A stretch of 64,000 bases of DNA from Gemmatimonadaceae bacterium (GCA_036504815.1 DASXUN010000003.1:220784-284783), one strand, 5' to 3'; shown: positions 49,930-59,403, numbered from the stretch's first letter. Notes: generated by a model not told the origin, from the letters alone. Translations and numbers: made by a program.

Positions 49930-51423
49930 ATGAAGCGCAACGTCATCCTCGCCACCACCCTGGCCGCTACCCTTGGCATCGCCGCGTGCGACGGGTTCAA
50001 GGAAGCGCTGACCGCCCACGTGGACGTGGTCGCCCGCGCCGGCACGCAGGAACTGTCGGTCAACCGCCTCGCCGACCTGCTCGGCAACGCCAAGGTTCCG
50101 CTGCGCAAGGATGTCGCCAACGCCGTGGCCGACATCTGGATCTCGTACCAGCTGCTCGGCTACGCCGCCGCGCACGACGACACGCTGCACGACGCGAAGG
50201 TCGCCGACGACGCCATGTGGTCGATGATCGCGCAGGAGAAGTCGAAGGCGTTCTACGACAAGATCTCCAAGGACTGGAACAAGGTCGACAGCGCCTCGCT
50301 GCCGGCCAAGTACGCGGCCGGCGAGATGTTCGCGGCGCGCCATATCCTGCTCATGTCGCCCCGCCAGGGCATGACCCAGAAGTCGCGCGACTCGGTGCGC
50401 GCGGAGCTCGAGAAGATCCGCAAGACGGTCACCGCGGCGAACTTCGCCGACGTGGCCAAGGCCAAGTCGCAGGACGGCTCCAAGGCCAACGGCGGCGCGC
50501 TCGGTGTCTTCCCGCCGGGGGCGATGGTGCCGGAGTTCGAGAACGCGGTGAAGGCGCTGAAGCCGGGCGAAGTGTCGGGCATCGTCGAATCGCAGTTCGG
50601 CTTCCACCTCATCAAGCGCCAGACCTACGACGAAGTGTCCAAGGAGTTCGCGCAGGCGTACGGCCAGATTGCCACGCAGAAGGCCGAGAGCGTCTACATG
50701 GCGGCAATGGAGAAGGGAGCCGACCTGCAGGTGAAGTCGGGGGCGTCGAAGACGGTGAAGGAAGTCGCGCAGGACGTGGATTCGCACCGCGAGGACAAGG
50801 CGACGCTGGTCACGTGGAAGGGCGGCAGCCTGACGGCCGCGCGCCTGGTGCAGTGGATGGCCGCGATGCCGCCGCAGGCCCGCATTCGGGAGCAGCTGAT
50901 GTCGGCGCCCGACACGGCGATCCCGTACTTCCTCAAGCAGATCGCGCGCAACGAACTCGTGCTGCACGCCGCGGACAGCGCCAAGACGGTCCCGGATTCG
51001 GCCGCCGTGGGCAACATCCGCGGCATGTTCTTCGGGCAGGTGGCGGGCGCGATGTCGGAACTCAAGGTCTCGCCGTTCTTCCTGAAGGACTCGGCCAAGA
51101 CCGTCTCGGAGAAGGAGCGGCTTGCCGCGTCGCGCATCGATGCGTACTTCGACCTCCTCCTCGCCGAGAAGGCGCAGTTCGTGAACGTGCCGGAGCCGGT
51201 GGCCTCGGCGCTGCGCAAGAAGTACGAGTCCCGCATCGTGGTGGCGGGGATCGAGCGCGCGCTCGAGCGTGCCGCGAAGATCCGCCAGGTGAGCGACTCG
51301 ACCCGGGCCGCCCAGCAGCCGCCGTCGGCGGTGCCGATGCCCGGCGCCGAACCGGCTGCGCCCAAGCCGGCCGCGCCCACGCCGGCCGCGCCCAAGCCGG
51401 CTGAACCCGCCAAGAAGCCGTAA
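49930..51423 (+). CDS. parvulin-type peptidyl-prolyl isomerase lipoprotein (PpiD/PrsA-like)
   Basis: Lipobox LGIAAC. Parvulin domain ARHILL...GGALGVFPPGAMVPEFENAV..LKPGEVSGIVESQFGFHLIKR. Confidence 0.8.
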   Translation: MKRNVILATTLAATLGIAACDGFKEALTAHVDVVARAGTQELSVNRLADLLGNAKVPLRKDVANAVADIWISYQLLGYAAAHDDTLHDAKVADDAMWSMIAQEKSKAFYDKISKDWNKVDSASLPAKYAAGEMFAARHILLMSPRQGMTQKSRDSVRAELEKIRKTVTAANFADVAKAKSQDGSKANGGALGVFPPGAMVPEFENAVKALKPGEVSGIVESQFGFHLIKRQTYDEVSKEFAQAYGQIATQKAESVYMAAMEKGADLQVKSGASKTVKEVAQDVDSHREDKATLVTWKGGSLTAARLVQWMAAMPPQARIREQLMSAPDTAIPYFLKQIARNELVLHAADSAKTVPDSAAVGNIRGMFFGQVAGAMSELKVSPFFLKDSAKTVSEKERLAASRIDAYFDLLLAEKAQFVNVPEPVASALRKKYESRIVVAGIERALERAAKIRQVSDSTRAAQQPPSAVPMPGAEPAAPKPAAPTPAAPKPAEPAKKP

Positions 51424-52752
51424 GTGAACCTCCGGGCTTTCTTTCAAGTGGCGCTGCTGGGTGGCGCCGTCGCCCTCCCCCTCCGGGGGCAGGGCGTCAG
51501 CGCCGCGCCGCGCGAGTTCCCTGTCGATCGCGTCGTCGCGGTGGTGGGCACCAAGCCCATCATGTGGAGCGAGGTGCAGGAGTTCATCAACTACCAGCGC
51601 CAGCAGGGGGCGCAGGTCCCCACCGACTCGGCATCGTTCGTCGCGTTCGCGCGCTCGATCATCAGCGACCTCGTGGACCAGGAAGTGCTGATCGCCACCG
51701 CCAAGGGATACAAGATCGCGGTGACGGACGCCGAGGTGCTGCAGCAGGTCGAAGGCGAGATGAAGAAGATCCGCGACCAGTTCAAGACCGAGCAGGAGTA
51801 CCGCGACGCGCTGAAGGGCGAAGGGTTCGGTACGGTCGAGGAACTGCGCCGGATTCGCGTGGACCGTGCCAAGCGCGAGCTCTTCCAGCAGCGCGCCATC
51901 GACTCGCTGAAGGCCAAGGGGCGCATGCCGTCGGTCGCCATCTCCGAGGCCGAAATCACCGAGGCGTTCGCGCATGCCAAGGACCGCCTGCCCAAGCGGC
52001 CCGCCACGGTCACGTTCCGCCAGATCATCGTGAGTCCGAAGCCCTCGGCCGCCAGCCGCAAGGCGACGCTGGCGAAGATGGATTCGTTGCGGGCCGAGAT
52101 CGCCAAGGGGACGGAGTTCGAGGTGGTCGCCAAGCGCGAGTCGCAGGATCCGGGCTCCAAGGAGCTGGGCGGCGACCTCGGCTGGGCGCGGCGCGGGATG
52201 ATGGTGCCCGCCTTCGACCAGATGATGTTCTCCCTCAACCCGAACGTCGTCAGCCCGACGGTGGAGACGGTGTACGGCGCCCACATCATCCGCGTCGATC
52301 GCATACGGCCGGCCGAGGTGAAGGCGCGCCACATCCTGCTGCGCTGGAGCATGGACTCCAGTGACGTGGCGCGCGCGAAGCTCGAGGCCGATTCGGTGCT
52401 GGCCGCCTGGAGGAAAGGCGCGTCGTACGATTCGCTCGTCACCAAGCATCACGACGAGGCGGAGTTGCGCCTGATGGCCGATCCGTTCCCGCGCGACTCG
52501 CTGCTGCCGGAGTACCGCCAGGCGATGAAGGACAAAAAGGCCGGCGAATTCGTCGGACCGTTCCTGATCCCGAATCCGCAGAATGGCCTCAGCAAGGTGG
52601 TTGTGCTGCAGCTGACGTCGGCCGAGGACGGCGGTGAGATGAAGCTCACGGATGTGCGGGAGCGCATCCGCGCCCAGCTGGTGCAGGAGAAGACGGCGCG
52701 CCGCATTCTCGACCAGCTGCGCAAAGAGATGTACGTCTCCATCCGAATGTGA
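51424..52752 (+). CDS. surA: SurA-like periplasmic chaperone / peptidyl-prolyl isomerase
   Basis: SurA N-domain pattern, two parvulin-like units (FRQIIV..., ARHILL...), signal peptide. Followed by pdxA, as in the classical surA-pdxA arrangement. Confidence 0.78.
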   Translation: MNLRAFFQVALLGGAVALPLRGQGVSAAPREFPVDRVVAVVGTKPIMWSEVQEFINYQRQQGAQVPTDSASFVAFARSIISDLVDQEVLIATAKGYKIAVTDAEVLQQVEGEMKKIRDQFKTEQEYRDALKGEGFGTVEELRRIRVDRAKRELFQQRAIDSLKAKGRMPSVAISEAEITEAFAHAKDRLPKRPATVTFRQIIVSPKPSAASRKATLAKMDSLRAEIAKGTEFEVVAKRESQDPGSKELGGDLGWARRGMMVPAFDQMMFSLNPNVVSPTVETVYGAHIIRVDRIRPAEVKARHILLRWSMDSSDVARAKLEADSVLAAWRKGASYDSLVTKHHDEAELRLMADPFPRDSLLPEYRQAMKDKKAGEFVGPFLIPNPQNGLSKVVVLQLTSAEDGGEMKLTDVRERIRAQLVQEKTARRILDQLRKEMYVSIRM

Positions 52753-53627
52753 CGCTGCCGACGCTGGCCATCACGCTGGGCGACCCGCGCGGTATCGGCG
52801 CGGAGATCGTGCGCAAGGCGCTCGCCGACCCCCGGGTGGCGGGCGCTTGCCGTTGGGTGGTGGTGGGGCCGTCAGGACTCGACTGCCCGGTCGATGACGT
52901 GATCGGCGAGTGGCATCCGCGGCAGAGCGACGCCAACGCCGGGCGGCTGGCGGGAAAGGCCATCGCGCGCGGCGTGGCGCTGTGCCAGGCGCGCGCAACG
53001 GATGCGCTGGTGACGGCGCCCATCGACAAACGCGCGCTGCTCGCCGGCGGCTATGCGTACCCCGGCCACACCGAGATGCTGGCCGCACTCACCGGGCGCG
53101 ACGTGGCGATGATGCTGGCCAGCGATCGGCTGCGCGTGGTGCTCGCCACGACCCACGTGCCGCTGCGCGACGTTCCGTCGCTGCTGACGGCCGAGGTGAT
53201 TGCGCGGACGGCGCGCGTGACGCGCGAGGGCTTGCGCTCGGCGTTCGGGATCGCGGCGCCGCGCATCGCGCTCTGCGCGCTGAACCCGCACGCCGGCGAC
53301 GGCGGGCGCTTCGGCCGGGAGGACACCGACCTGCTGGGTCCGGCCGCGACGGCCAATGACCTGATGGGCCCGTTCCCCGCCGACACCGTCTTCGTCCGCG
53401 CGATGCGCGGTGAGTTCGACGCCGTGATCGCGCCGTACCACGATGTGGGGATGACGGCCATCAAGGTCGCCTCATTCGGGTCGGCGGTGAACGTCACGCT
53501 CGGGCTGCCGTTCCCGCGCACCTCGCCCGACCACGGCACCGCGCTCGACATCGCGGGGCAGGACAAGGCCGATCCGTCGTCGATGATCGAGGCCATCCTG
53601 CTCGCGGCGCGGCTCGCACGGCAGTAG
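52749..53627 (+). CDS. pdxA: 4-hydroxythreonine-4-phosphate dehydrogenase
   Basis: AITLGDPRGIGAEIV; TAPIDK; GHTEML; LNPHAGDGG; TLGLPFPRTSPDHGTALDIAG. Confidence 0.9.
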   Translation: MTLPTLAITLGDPRGIGAEIVRKALADPRVAGACRWVVVGPSGLDCPVDDVIGEWHPRQSDANAGRLAGKAIARGVALCQARATDALVTAPIDKRALLAGGYAYPGHTEMLAALTGRDVAMMLASDRLRVVLATTHVPLRDVPSLLTAEVIARTARVTREGLRSAFGIAAPRIALCALNPHAGDGGRFGREDTDLLGPAATANDLMGPFPADTVFVRAMRGEFDAVIAPYHDVGMTAIKVASFGSAVNVTLGLPFPRTSPDHGTALDIAGQDKADPSSMIEAILLAARLARQ

Positions 53628-53640
53628 CCGGCAAGCGCCG

Positions 53641-54930
53641 CTACTCGCGCGTCATCTCCAGGATCGCGATCCGCCGCCCGTCCATTTCGCGCACGGTCCA
53701 CGTGGCGCCACCGCCGCTGACCTTGTCGCCCACCTGCGGCAGCCGCCCGAGCAGGCCGAAGACGAAGCCGCCCACCGTGGTGTAGTCGTCGTCCGGCACC
53801 TGCAGTCCGTGCTGCGCATTGACGTCGCCGATCTCCGCCTGCCCGGGCACCAGCGTCTCGCCCGACGCCGCGCGCTGCGTCGTCGCGATGCCCTCGTCGT
53901 GCTCGTCGAGGATCTCGCCCACCAGCTCCTCGAGCAGGTCCTCCATCGTCACGAGCCCCGCGGTGCCGCCGTACTCGTCGAGCACGATGGCCAGGTGCTC
54001 CTTGAGCCGCTTGAAGTCGGCGAGCACCTCCTCGACCTCGCGCGACCCCGGCACGGCGTGGACGTCGCGCATGACGCTCGCCAGCGAGAAGGTCGCGGGG
54101 CGGTGCCGCAGCACGGGAAGCAGGTCCTTGGCGTGCACCATCCCCACCACATTGTCGAGCGATCCCTCGAAGACCGGGTAGCGCGAGAATCCCGCCTCCT
54201 CGACCACCGCCAGCGCCTCGTCCAGTGTGGCCTCCGCGTCGAGCGCCACGATCGCCGTCCGCGGCGTCATCACCTCGCGGGCGTTCTTCTCCGAGAACTC
54301 GAACACGGCGCCGATGAGGTCGGCGTCCTGCTGCTCGATCTCTCCCTCGCGCTGGCTCTGCTCGACGATGACCTTGAGCTCGTCAGGCGAATGCACGCTG
54401 TCGTGCGTGGCATCCAGCCGGACGCCAAAGGGGCGCAGCACCGCGGACGCCGACAGGTTCAGGAGGGCGGTGAACGGCCGCACGAGCCAGGCGAAGGCGA
54501 GGAGCGGCGGCGACAGCCACTTGGCCCAGACTTCCGGGTGCTGCAGCGCCGCGGCGCGCGGCGTCAATTCGCCGAACACCACGTGCAGGTAGGTCACGGC
54601 CACCAGCGCGACGCCGGCGCCGAGGCTCACGCGCAACCCCGCCTCGATGGCGAAAGGCAGGGCGGCGAACCATCCCTCGAAGACGTGGCCGATGGACTCC
54701 TCGGCCACCCAGCCGAGGCCGAGGGAGGCGGCGGTGATGCCCAACTGGCTCGCCGAGAGTACACGCGCCAGATTGTCGGTGGCGCGCAGGGCGTAGCGGG
54801 CGATCAGGTCGCCCGCTCGGACCATGGCCTGCAGGCGCGTGCGGCGGGCGCGCACCAGCGCGAATTCCACCGCCACGAAGTACCCGTTCAGGAGCAGCAG
54901 CAGAGCGATGATGCCGAGGCGCGAGAGCAT
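53641..54930 (-). CDS. CNNM/TlyC-family protein (DUF21, CBS pair, CorC_HlyC)
   Basis: C-terminal 429 codons of ORF 53641..55989. Start at ATG 54930 (MLSRLGIIALLLLLNGYFVAVEFAL). CBS pair. C-terminal transporter-associated domain. Confidence 0.9.
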   Translation of the reverse strand: MLSRLGIIALLLLLNGYFVAVEFALVRARRTRLQAMVRAGDLIARYALRATDNLARVLSASQLGITAASLGLGWVAEESIGHVFEGWFAALPFAIEAGLRVSLGAGVALVAVTYLHVVFGELTPRAAALQHPEVWAKWLSPPLLAFAWLVRPFTALLNLSASAVLRPFGVRLDATHDSVHSPDELKVIVEQSQREGEIEQQDADLIGAVFEFSEKNAREVMTPRTAIVALDAEATLDEALAVVEEAGFSRYPVFEGSLDNVVGMVHAKDLLPVLRHRPATFSLASVMRDVHAVPGSREVEEVLADFKRLKEHLAIVLDEYGGTAGLVTMEDLLEELVGEILDEHDEGIATTQRAASGETLVPGQAEIGDVNAQHGLQVPDDDYTTVGGFVFGLLGRLPQVGDKVSGGGATWTVREMDGRRIAILEMTRE

Positions 54931-55047
54931 GCGACAAACGTACCGGGCGCGAGCCGCGCGACGCCAGCGCCGGGGCGCCCGGTGAGTCCGGCGGCCGCCA
55001 GGAACGACTGCGCGCCGCTGGCCAACGGCCGCGCCGGCGCGCCGCCG

Positions 55048-55944
55048 GTGGCGCACACGCACGCCGACGGAACGTCGCACCAGCCCGGGGCCGGCACGTC
55101 GGGGCTCAAGTGGGCCCTGATGCTCACCCTGGTCTTCTTCTTCGCCGAAGTCGTCGGCGGCTGGATGGCGAACTCGCTGGCCCTGCTCGCCGACGCCGGG
55201 CATATGCTCACCGACGTTGGCGCGCTGGGCCTGTCCCTCTTCGTCGCGTGGTTCAGCCGCCAGCCGAGCACCTCCAGCAAGACCTTCGGGTACCTGCGCT
55301 GGGAGATTCTCGCCGCGTTCATCAACGGCACGGTGCTCCTGCTCGTCTCCGTGGGGATCGTGTGGGAGGCCATCGGCCGGCTGCGCCACCCCGAGCCGCT
55401 GCAGAGCGGACTGATGCTGGTGGTGGCCGCCGGCGGACTCCTGGTGAACATCTTCGTTGCCCGGCTCCTGCATGCCGGGGCGTCGTCGTCGCTCAACGTG
55501 CGCGGCGCCTACCTGCACGTCCTCAGCGACCTGCTCGGCTCCGTCGCCGCCATCGTGGCCGGCCTCTGCGTGCGCTACCGGGGCTGGACGATCGCCGATC
55601 CGGTGGCGTCCATCGTGATGACGGTGTTGATCGTCCGCGGCGCCTGGCAGCTGGTGCGCGAGTCCGTGGATGTCCTGCTCGAGGCGGTGCCGCCGCACAT
55701 CTCCCTCGACGCCGTGCGCACCGCCATCGCGGCCGTTCCCGGCGTCTGCTCGGTGCACGACCTCCACGTCTGGACGGTGACCAGCGGCATGGTCGCGATG
55801 AGCGCGCACGTCGTCGTGCCGACACCCGCGGAGCACCAGCAGGCGCTCGAACGCGTGCACGCCGCGATGTCGCGATTCGGCATCCATCACGTGACGGTGC
55901 AGATTGAAGGGCAGGAGCTCGCGGACTGCCTCCCCCATCGCTAG
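55048..55944 (+). CDS. cation diffusion facilitator (CzcD/ZitB-type Zn/Co/Cd efflux)
   Basis: 3' part of ORF 53809..55944. ADAGHMLTDVGALGLSLF and HVLSDLLGS motifs. No in-frame ATG nearby. GTG 55048 ((M)AHTHADG..) is preferred; GTG 54982 is an alternative. Confidence 0.85.
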   Translation: MAHTHADGTSHQPGAGTSGLKWALMLTLVFFFAEVVGGWMANSLALLADAGHMLTDVGALGLSLFVAWFSRQPSTSSKTFGYLRWEILAAFINGTVLLLVSVGIVWEAIGRLRHPEPLQSGLMLVVAAGGLLVNIFVARLLHAGASSSLNVRGAYLHVLSDLLGSVAAIVAGLCVRYRGWTIADPVASIVMTVLIVRGAWQLVRESVDVLLEAVPPHISLDAVRTAIAAVPGVCSVHDLHVWTVTSGMVAMSAHVVVPTPAEHQQALERVHAAMSRFGIHHVTVQIEGQELADCLPHR

Positions 55945-56005
55945 TCGCCGTCCGCATTCGTCATCGCCGATCGCAATCCGAATTCCCAATCCTCAATCGG
56001 TCTTC
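55945..56005. repeat. AATCC-type 7-bp-phased repeat tract
   Basis: tcgccgt ccgcatt cgtcatc gccgatc gcaatcc gaattcc caatcct caatcgg. Immediately upstream of pilT. 55977..55999 is identical to 32680..32702. Confidence 0.85.
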
Positions 56006-56010
56006 CCCGC

Positions 56011-57615
56011 ATGGCTCAGCTCGACAAACTGCTCTCGGTGATGATCCAGAAGAGCGCCGAGGCGCTCTACCTGGACGAGGACCAGCCCTCGACGCTGAAG
56101 CTCGAGGGGAATGACACGCCGGTCACCAAGCCGCTGAACGGCGCGCAGGTCGTCGGCCTGCTCAAGGAGATCGCGCCGCCGGCGGCCTCCGCGAACCTCG
56201 ACCAGAAGGCGCCGGTCAAGTTCCAGTACACCAACACCGAGGGCGTCTTCCTCGTTCGCGCGATGCTGCAGGCCAACAAGTGGCACTGCCAGCTCACCGT
56301 GGACGACAAGGGCGAGTTCGAGCGGCGCACGGGGATGTTTCGCGCGGTGGATCTCGAGACGGGCGTCGTCTCCAGCGGCGCGGCACCGGCGCCGGTGGCC
56401 GATGCCGCCGAGCTGAAGGACCCCGCCAAGGCCCGCGTCGAGATGGAACGGCTGCTGCGGCTCCTCGTCGAGACCGGCGGATCCGACCTGCACCTGCGCG
56501 TCACGGAACCGCCCATCCTGCGCAAGAGCGGCGAGATGGACCGCATCGAGGGTCCCAAGATGACGGACCCCCAGCTCACCGCGCTGCTGCAGTCCATCAT
56601 GCCGGATCGCAACAAGAAGGAGTTCGCCGAGCACAACGACACCGACTTCGCGTACGAGATCGAGGGCGTGGCGCGCTTCCGCGCCAACGTGCTCAAGGAC
56701 CGCAAGGGCATTGCCGCCGTCTTCCGCGTCATCCCGAGCAACATCGTGACGGCCGACCAGCTCGGGGTCACCCCCGAGGTGCAGAAGCTCTGCTACCTCA
56801 CCAAGGGCCTCGTGCTCGTCACCGGCCCCACGGGATCGGGCAAGTCCACTACGCTCTGCGCGCTCATTGACCTGGTGAACCGGTCACGCTCCGACCACGT
56901 CATCACCATCGAGGACCCGATCGAGTTCGTGCACGAGAACAAGAGCTGCATCATCACGCAGCGGCAGGTGGGCGTGCACACCGACTCGTTCAAGAGCGCG
57001 CTGCGCGCCGCGCTGCGCGAGGATCCGGATATCATCCTCGTGGGCGAGCTGCGCGACCTCGAGACGGTGGCCATCGCCATCGAGACGGCGGAAACGGGCC
57101 ACCTGGTGTTCGGCACGCTGCACACGACCACGGCGGCGAGCACCATCGACCGCCTCATCGACCAGTTCCCGGCCGACCGCCAGGAGCAGGTGCGCACCAT
57201 GCTTTCGGAGTCGCTCAAGGGCGTGGTGTCGCAGGTGCTCTGCAAGAAGATCGGCGGCGGGCGCGTGGCCGCGCGGGAAATCCTGCTGGTCACCGGCGCC
57301 GTGTCCAACCTCATCCGCGAAGGCAAGACGTTCCAGATTCCGAGCATCATGCAGACGTCCAAGCGCATCGGCATGGTGACGATGAACGACACGCTGATGG
57401 ACCTCGTCGAGCAGAAGCTCGTCGAGCCCAAGGAAGCGTGGATGAAGTCGGTGGAGAAGGCGGCGTTCGTGGCGTCGCTGAAGGTCAAGGGGCACGACAC
57501 GTCGTTCGCCGAGACCGATCCGCAGACCGCGGGGGGAGCTGGCGGAACGCCGCCCGCGGGCCAGGGGGCGGCCGGTGGAACGCCACGTTCCGGCATGGCC
57601 GGCGTGAAGCGGTAG
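56011..57615 (+). CDS. pilT: PilT-family type IV pilus retraction ATPase with an extra N-terminal domain and Gly/Pro-rich tail
   Basis: Walker A GPTGSGKSTT, Asp box, His box GHLVFGTLHT. Residues about 1-105 look like a degenerate copy of the PilT N-domain that follows. Confidence 0.9.
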   Translation: MAQLDKLLSVMIQKSAEALYLDEDQPSTLKLEGNDTPVTKPLNGAQVVGLLKEIAPPAASANLDQKAPVKFQYTNTEGVFLVRAMLQANKWHCQLTVDDKGEFERRTGMFRAVDLETGVVSSGAAPAPVADAAELKDPAKARVEMERLLRLLVETGGSDLHLRVTEPPILRKSGEMDRIEGPKMTDPQLTALLQSIMPDRNKKEFAEHNDTDFAYEIEGVARFRANVLKDRKGIAAVFRVIPSNIVTADQLGVTPEVQKLCYLTKGLVLVTGPTGSGKSTTLCALIDLVNRSRSDHVITIEDPIEFVHENKSCIITQRQVGVHTDSFKSALRAALREDPDIILVGELRDLETVAIAIETAETGHLVFGTLHTTTAASTIDRLIDQFPADRQEQVRTMLSESLKGVVSQVLCKKIGGGRVAAREILLVTGAVSNLIREGKTFQIPSIMQTSKRIGMVTMNDTLMDLVEQKLVEPKEAWMKSVEKAAFVASLKVKGHDTSFAETDPQTAGGAGGTPPAGQGAAGGTPRSGMAGVKR

Positions 57616-57635
57616 CCGCGCGCTCCGGACCGCCC

Positions 57636-58541
57636 TCAGCGGGCCGGGGTGTCGCTGGAGAGCACGGCGCCGTACGCGCTGGTGAGGCACGACGGGCAGA
57701 GAATCGCCGAGAACCCGACGTCGCCGCGCGAGGCGACGTAGGCCTCGAGTTGCTGCCACGCGTTGCGCTCATCGCGCACCTTGTGACACTGCGGGCAGAT
57801 GGGGACGGCGCCGCGGAGCGCGCGCAACTCCGCCACCGTCTCCTGCAGGTGATCCCGGGCGCGCGCCATGGCGCGCCACGCCCGGTCCTCCGCTTCGGCC
57901 GTCGCCTGGCGATGATGGGCGACGAGCAGGCCGAGCGCGTTCGCCAGGGCGAAGCAGACGACGTGCGTCACGATCTGGGGGCCCGAGACGTCGTGGTGCC
58001 AGTACAGCACCAACGAGAGACTGGCCACCGAGAGGATGATGGCCGGCACCGCCTGCACTCGGGTGCGGCCCGGGATCATCAGGTAGTAGACCACCACGCT
58101 CAGCAGTTCGAAGCGCGTGATGAACAGCTGGTCCGGGCCGCGGCCGATATGCGAGGCGATGGCCAGCGCCACCCCCACCAGCTGGGCGATGAAAAGGAGT
58201 CGCTCGAAGCGCGTCCGGGTGGGCGCCGCCCTCAACCAGTGCCAGAGCGCGACCAGCGCGAGCAGGGTTGCCCCGCGCACGGACCAGAGAATGGCGAGAC
58301 GGAGGCCCGACTTGGCGACCATCGCGTCGATGATGCCGAAGGCGGCGATGGGGAAGGCGAGGACGGCGACCACCCGCAGCGCCTGCACCCGGTCGCGTTC
58401 GAACCGGTGCTGCTCGAGCGCATCCGGCGTCATCTCCGGTGCGCTCGACGCACGCGGCGACGGCTCGTTCACCGGTCGCGACGATAGCAGGTCGGTCATC
58501 GCGGGGGGCACTGGGGGGAAGGCGGGGCCGGCGTCGGCCAT
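57636..58541 (-). CDS. polytopic membrane protein with coiled coil and C-terminal Cys/His module (paralog 2)
   Basis: ORF 57636..58847. The start is uncertain (ATG 58541, 58499 or 58433), since the upstream paralog ends at 58597. C-terminus PICPQCHKVRDERNAWQQLEAYVASRGDVGFSAILCPSC. Confidence 0.65.
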   Translation of the reverse strand: MADAGPAFPPVPPAMTDLLSSRPVNEPSPRASSAPEMTPDALEQHRFERDRVQALRVVAVLAFPIAAFGIIDAMVAKSGLRLAILWSVRGATLLALVALWHWLRAAPTRTRFERLLFIAQLVGVALAIASHIGRGPDQLFITRFELLSVVVYYLMIPGRTRVQAVPAIILSVASLSLVLYWHHDVSGPQIVTHVVCFALANALGLLVAHHRQATAEAEDRAWRAMARARDHLQETVAELRALRGAVPICPQCHKVRDERNAWQQLEAYVASRGDVGFSAILCPSCLTSAYGAVLSSDTPAR

Positions 58542-58596
58542 GCGCCAAGCCAAACAATGTGGGTACAGTGCATCCGCGCGGCAAGCCGACCGGTGC

Positions 58597-59403
58597 TCAC
58601 CGCGGGCCGGCGCTCGTCTCCATGTACTCCGGGAAATGCTCGCGAGCGCACCGCGGACACATGCCGTGCGAGAAGTCCGCGTCGCTGTGTGCCCGCACAT
58701 ACCGGTCGAGCCCCTCCCAGGCGCCCGCTTCGGTGCGCACCTGGTGGCAGTAGGCGCAGATCGGGATGATCCCCTCGAGTTTCCGCAGCTCGGCGACGGC
58801 CTGTTCGCGCGCCTCGATGGCGGCCTGTTCGCGCGCCAGTGACGCATCCAGGTCCTTGTCCAGCTGCGTGCGATTGCGGGCGATCAGCATGCCGAGCACG
58901 CCGGCGAGCACGATATTGAGGCCCGTGGCGACGCGCTCGTACGACGGCATCGTCACCCAGTGACTCCAGATGAGACCCGTGACGGAGACCAGCAGCGCCG
59001 CCCACGCCACCAACTGGAGCCGAAACGGGTACGGATAGACGACGAAGGTCCCGATCGAGACCAGCACCATGGTGCGCACTGGCATCCAGTTGTCGGCCGG
59101 GCGCAGGAGCGCGTTGCTCGTCAGGAAGGCGACAATGGCCAGGGCGAGGAGGAAGAGCACGCGACCGAGGGCCGCGCGCGACTCGGCCTTCCGGATCACC
59201 GCCACGCCAAGCGCCCACAGGAGCAGCTGCGAGGCGCGCAGCGCGTGGAGCACGGTCAGCGTCGTCCGGTTCGGCACGACACTGATGTCCACGTAGGCGA
59301 ACAGGACGCCCGGCACGAGCAGGAGCGTGGTTGCCACGAGGGCCAGCCGCCGCTCGCTTTCGAGCCGCAAGGCCGCAACGTGTTGCAGGTGAGAGGTGGG
59401 CAT
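58597..59403 (-). CDS. polytopic membrane protein with coiled coil and C-terminal Cys/His module (paralog 1)
   Basis: About 6 hydrophobic helices. REQAAIEAREQAVAELRKLEG. C-terminus PICAYCHQVRTEAGAWEGLDRYVRAHSDADFSHGMCPRC. Confidence 0.7.
   Translation of the reverse strand: MPTSHLQHVAALRLESERRLALVATTLLLVPGVLFAYVDISVVPNRTTLTVLHALRASQLLLWALGVAVIRKAESRAALGRVLFLLALAIVAFLTSNALLRPADNWMPVRTMVLVSIGTFVVYPYPFRLQLVAWAALLVSVTGLIWSHWVTMPSYERVATGLNIVLAGVLGMLIARNRTQLDKDLDASLAREQAAIEAREQAVAELRKLEGIIPICAYCHQVRTEAGAWEGLDRYVRAHSDADFSHGMCPRCAREHFPEYMETSAGPR

Noticed and set aside
44590-52452. 2620-aa open reading frame on the minus strand, the longest ORF in the window
   Set aside because: It runs antisense across four well-supported plus-strand genes (the BatA-like gene, mfd and two PPIases). 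Its translation is Arg/Gly/Ala/His-rich low-complexity sequence with no recognisable domain. Long stop-free antisense frames are an expected by-product of strong GC3 bias.
53809-55047. 5' two-thirds of the 711-aa plus-strand ORF 53809..55944
   Set aside because: It is antisense to the CNNM gene. The CDF transporter homology begins only around residue 415, so the CDS was trimmed to an internal GTG.
53641-55989. 782-aa minus-strand ORF taken at face value
   Set aside because: Only the last 429 codons (from MLSRLGIIALLL at 54930) form the CNNM/TlyC protein. The upstream 353 codons are antisense to the CDF exporter gene and have no features.
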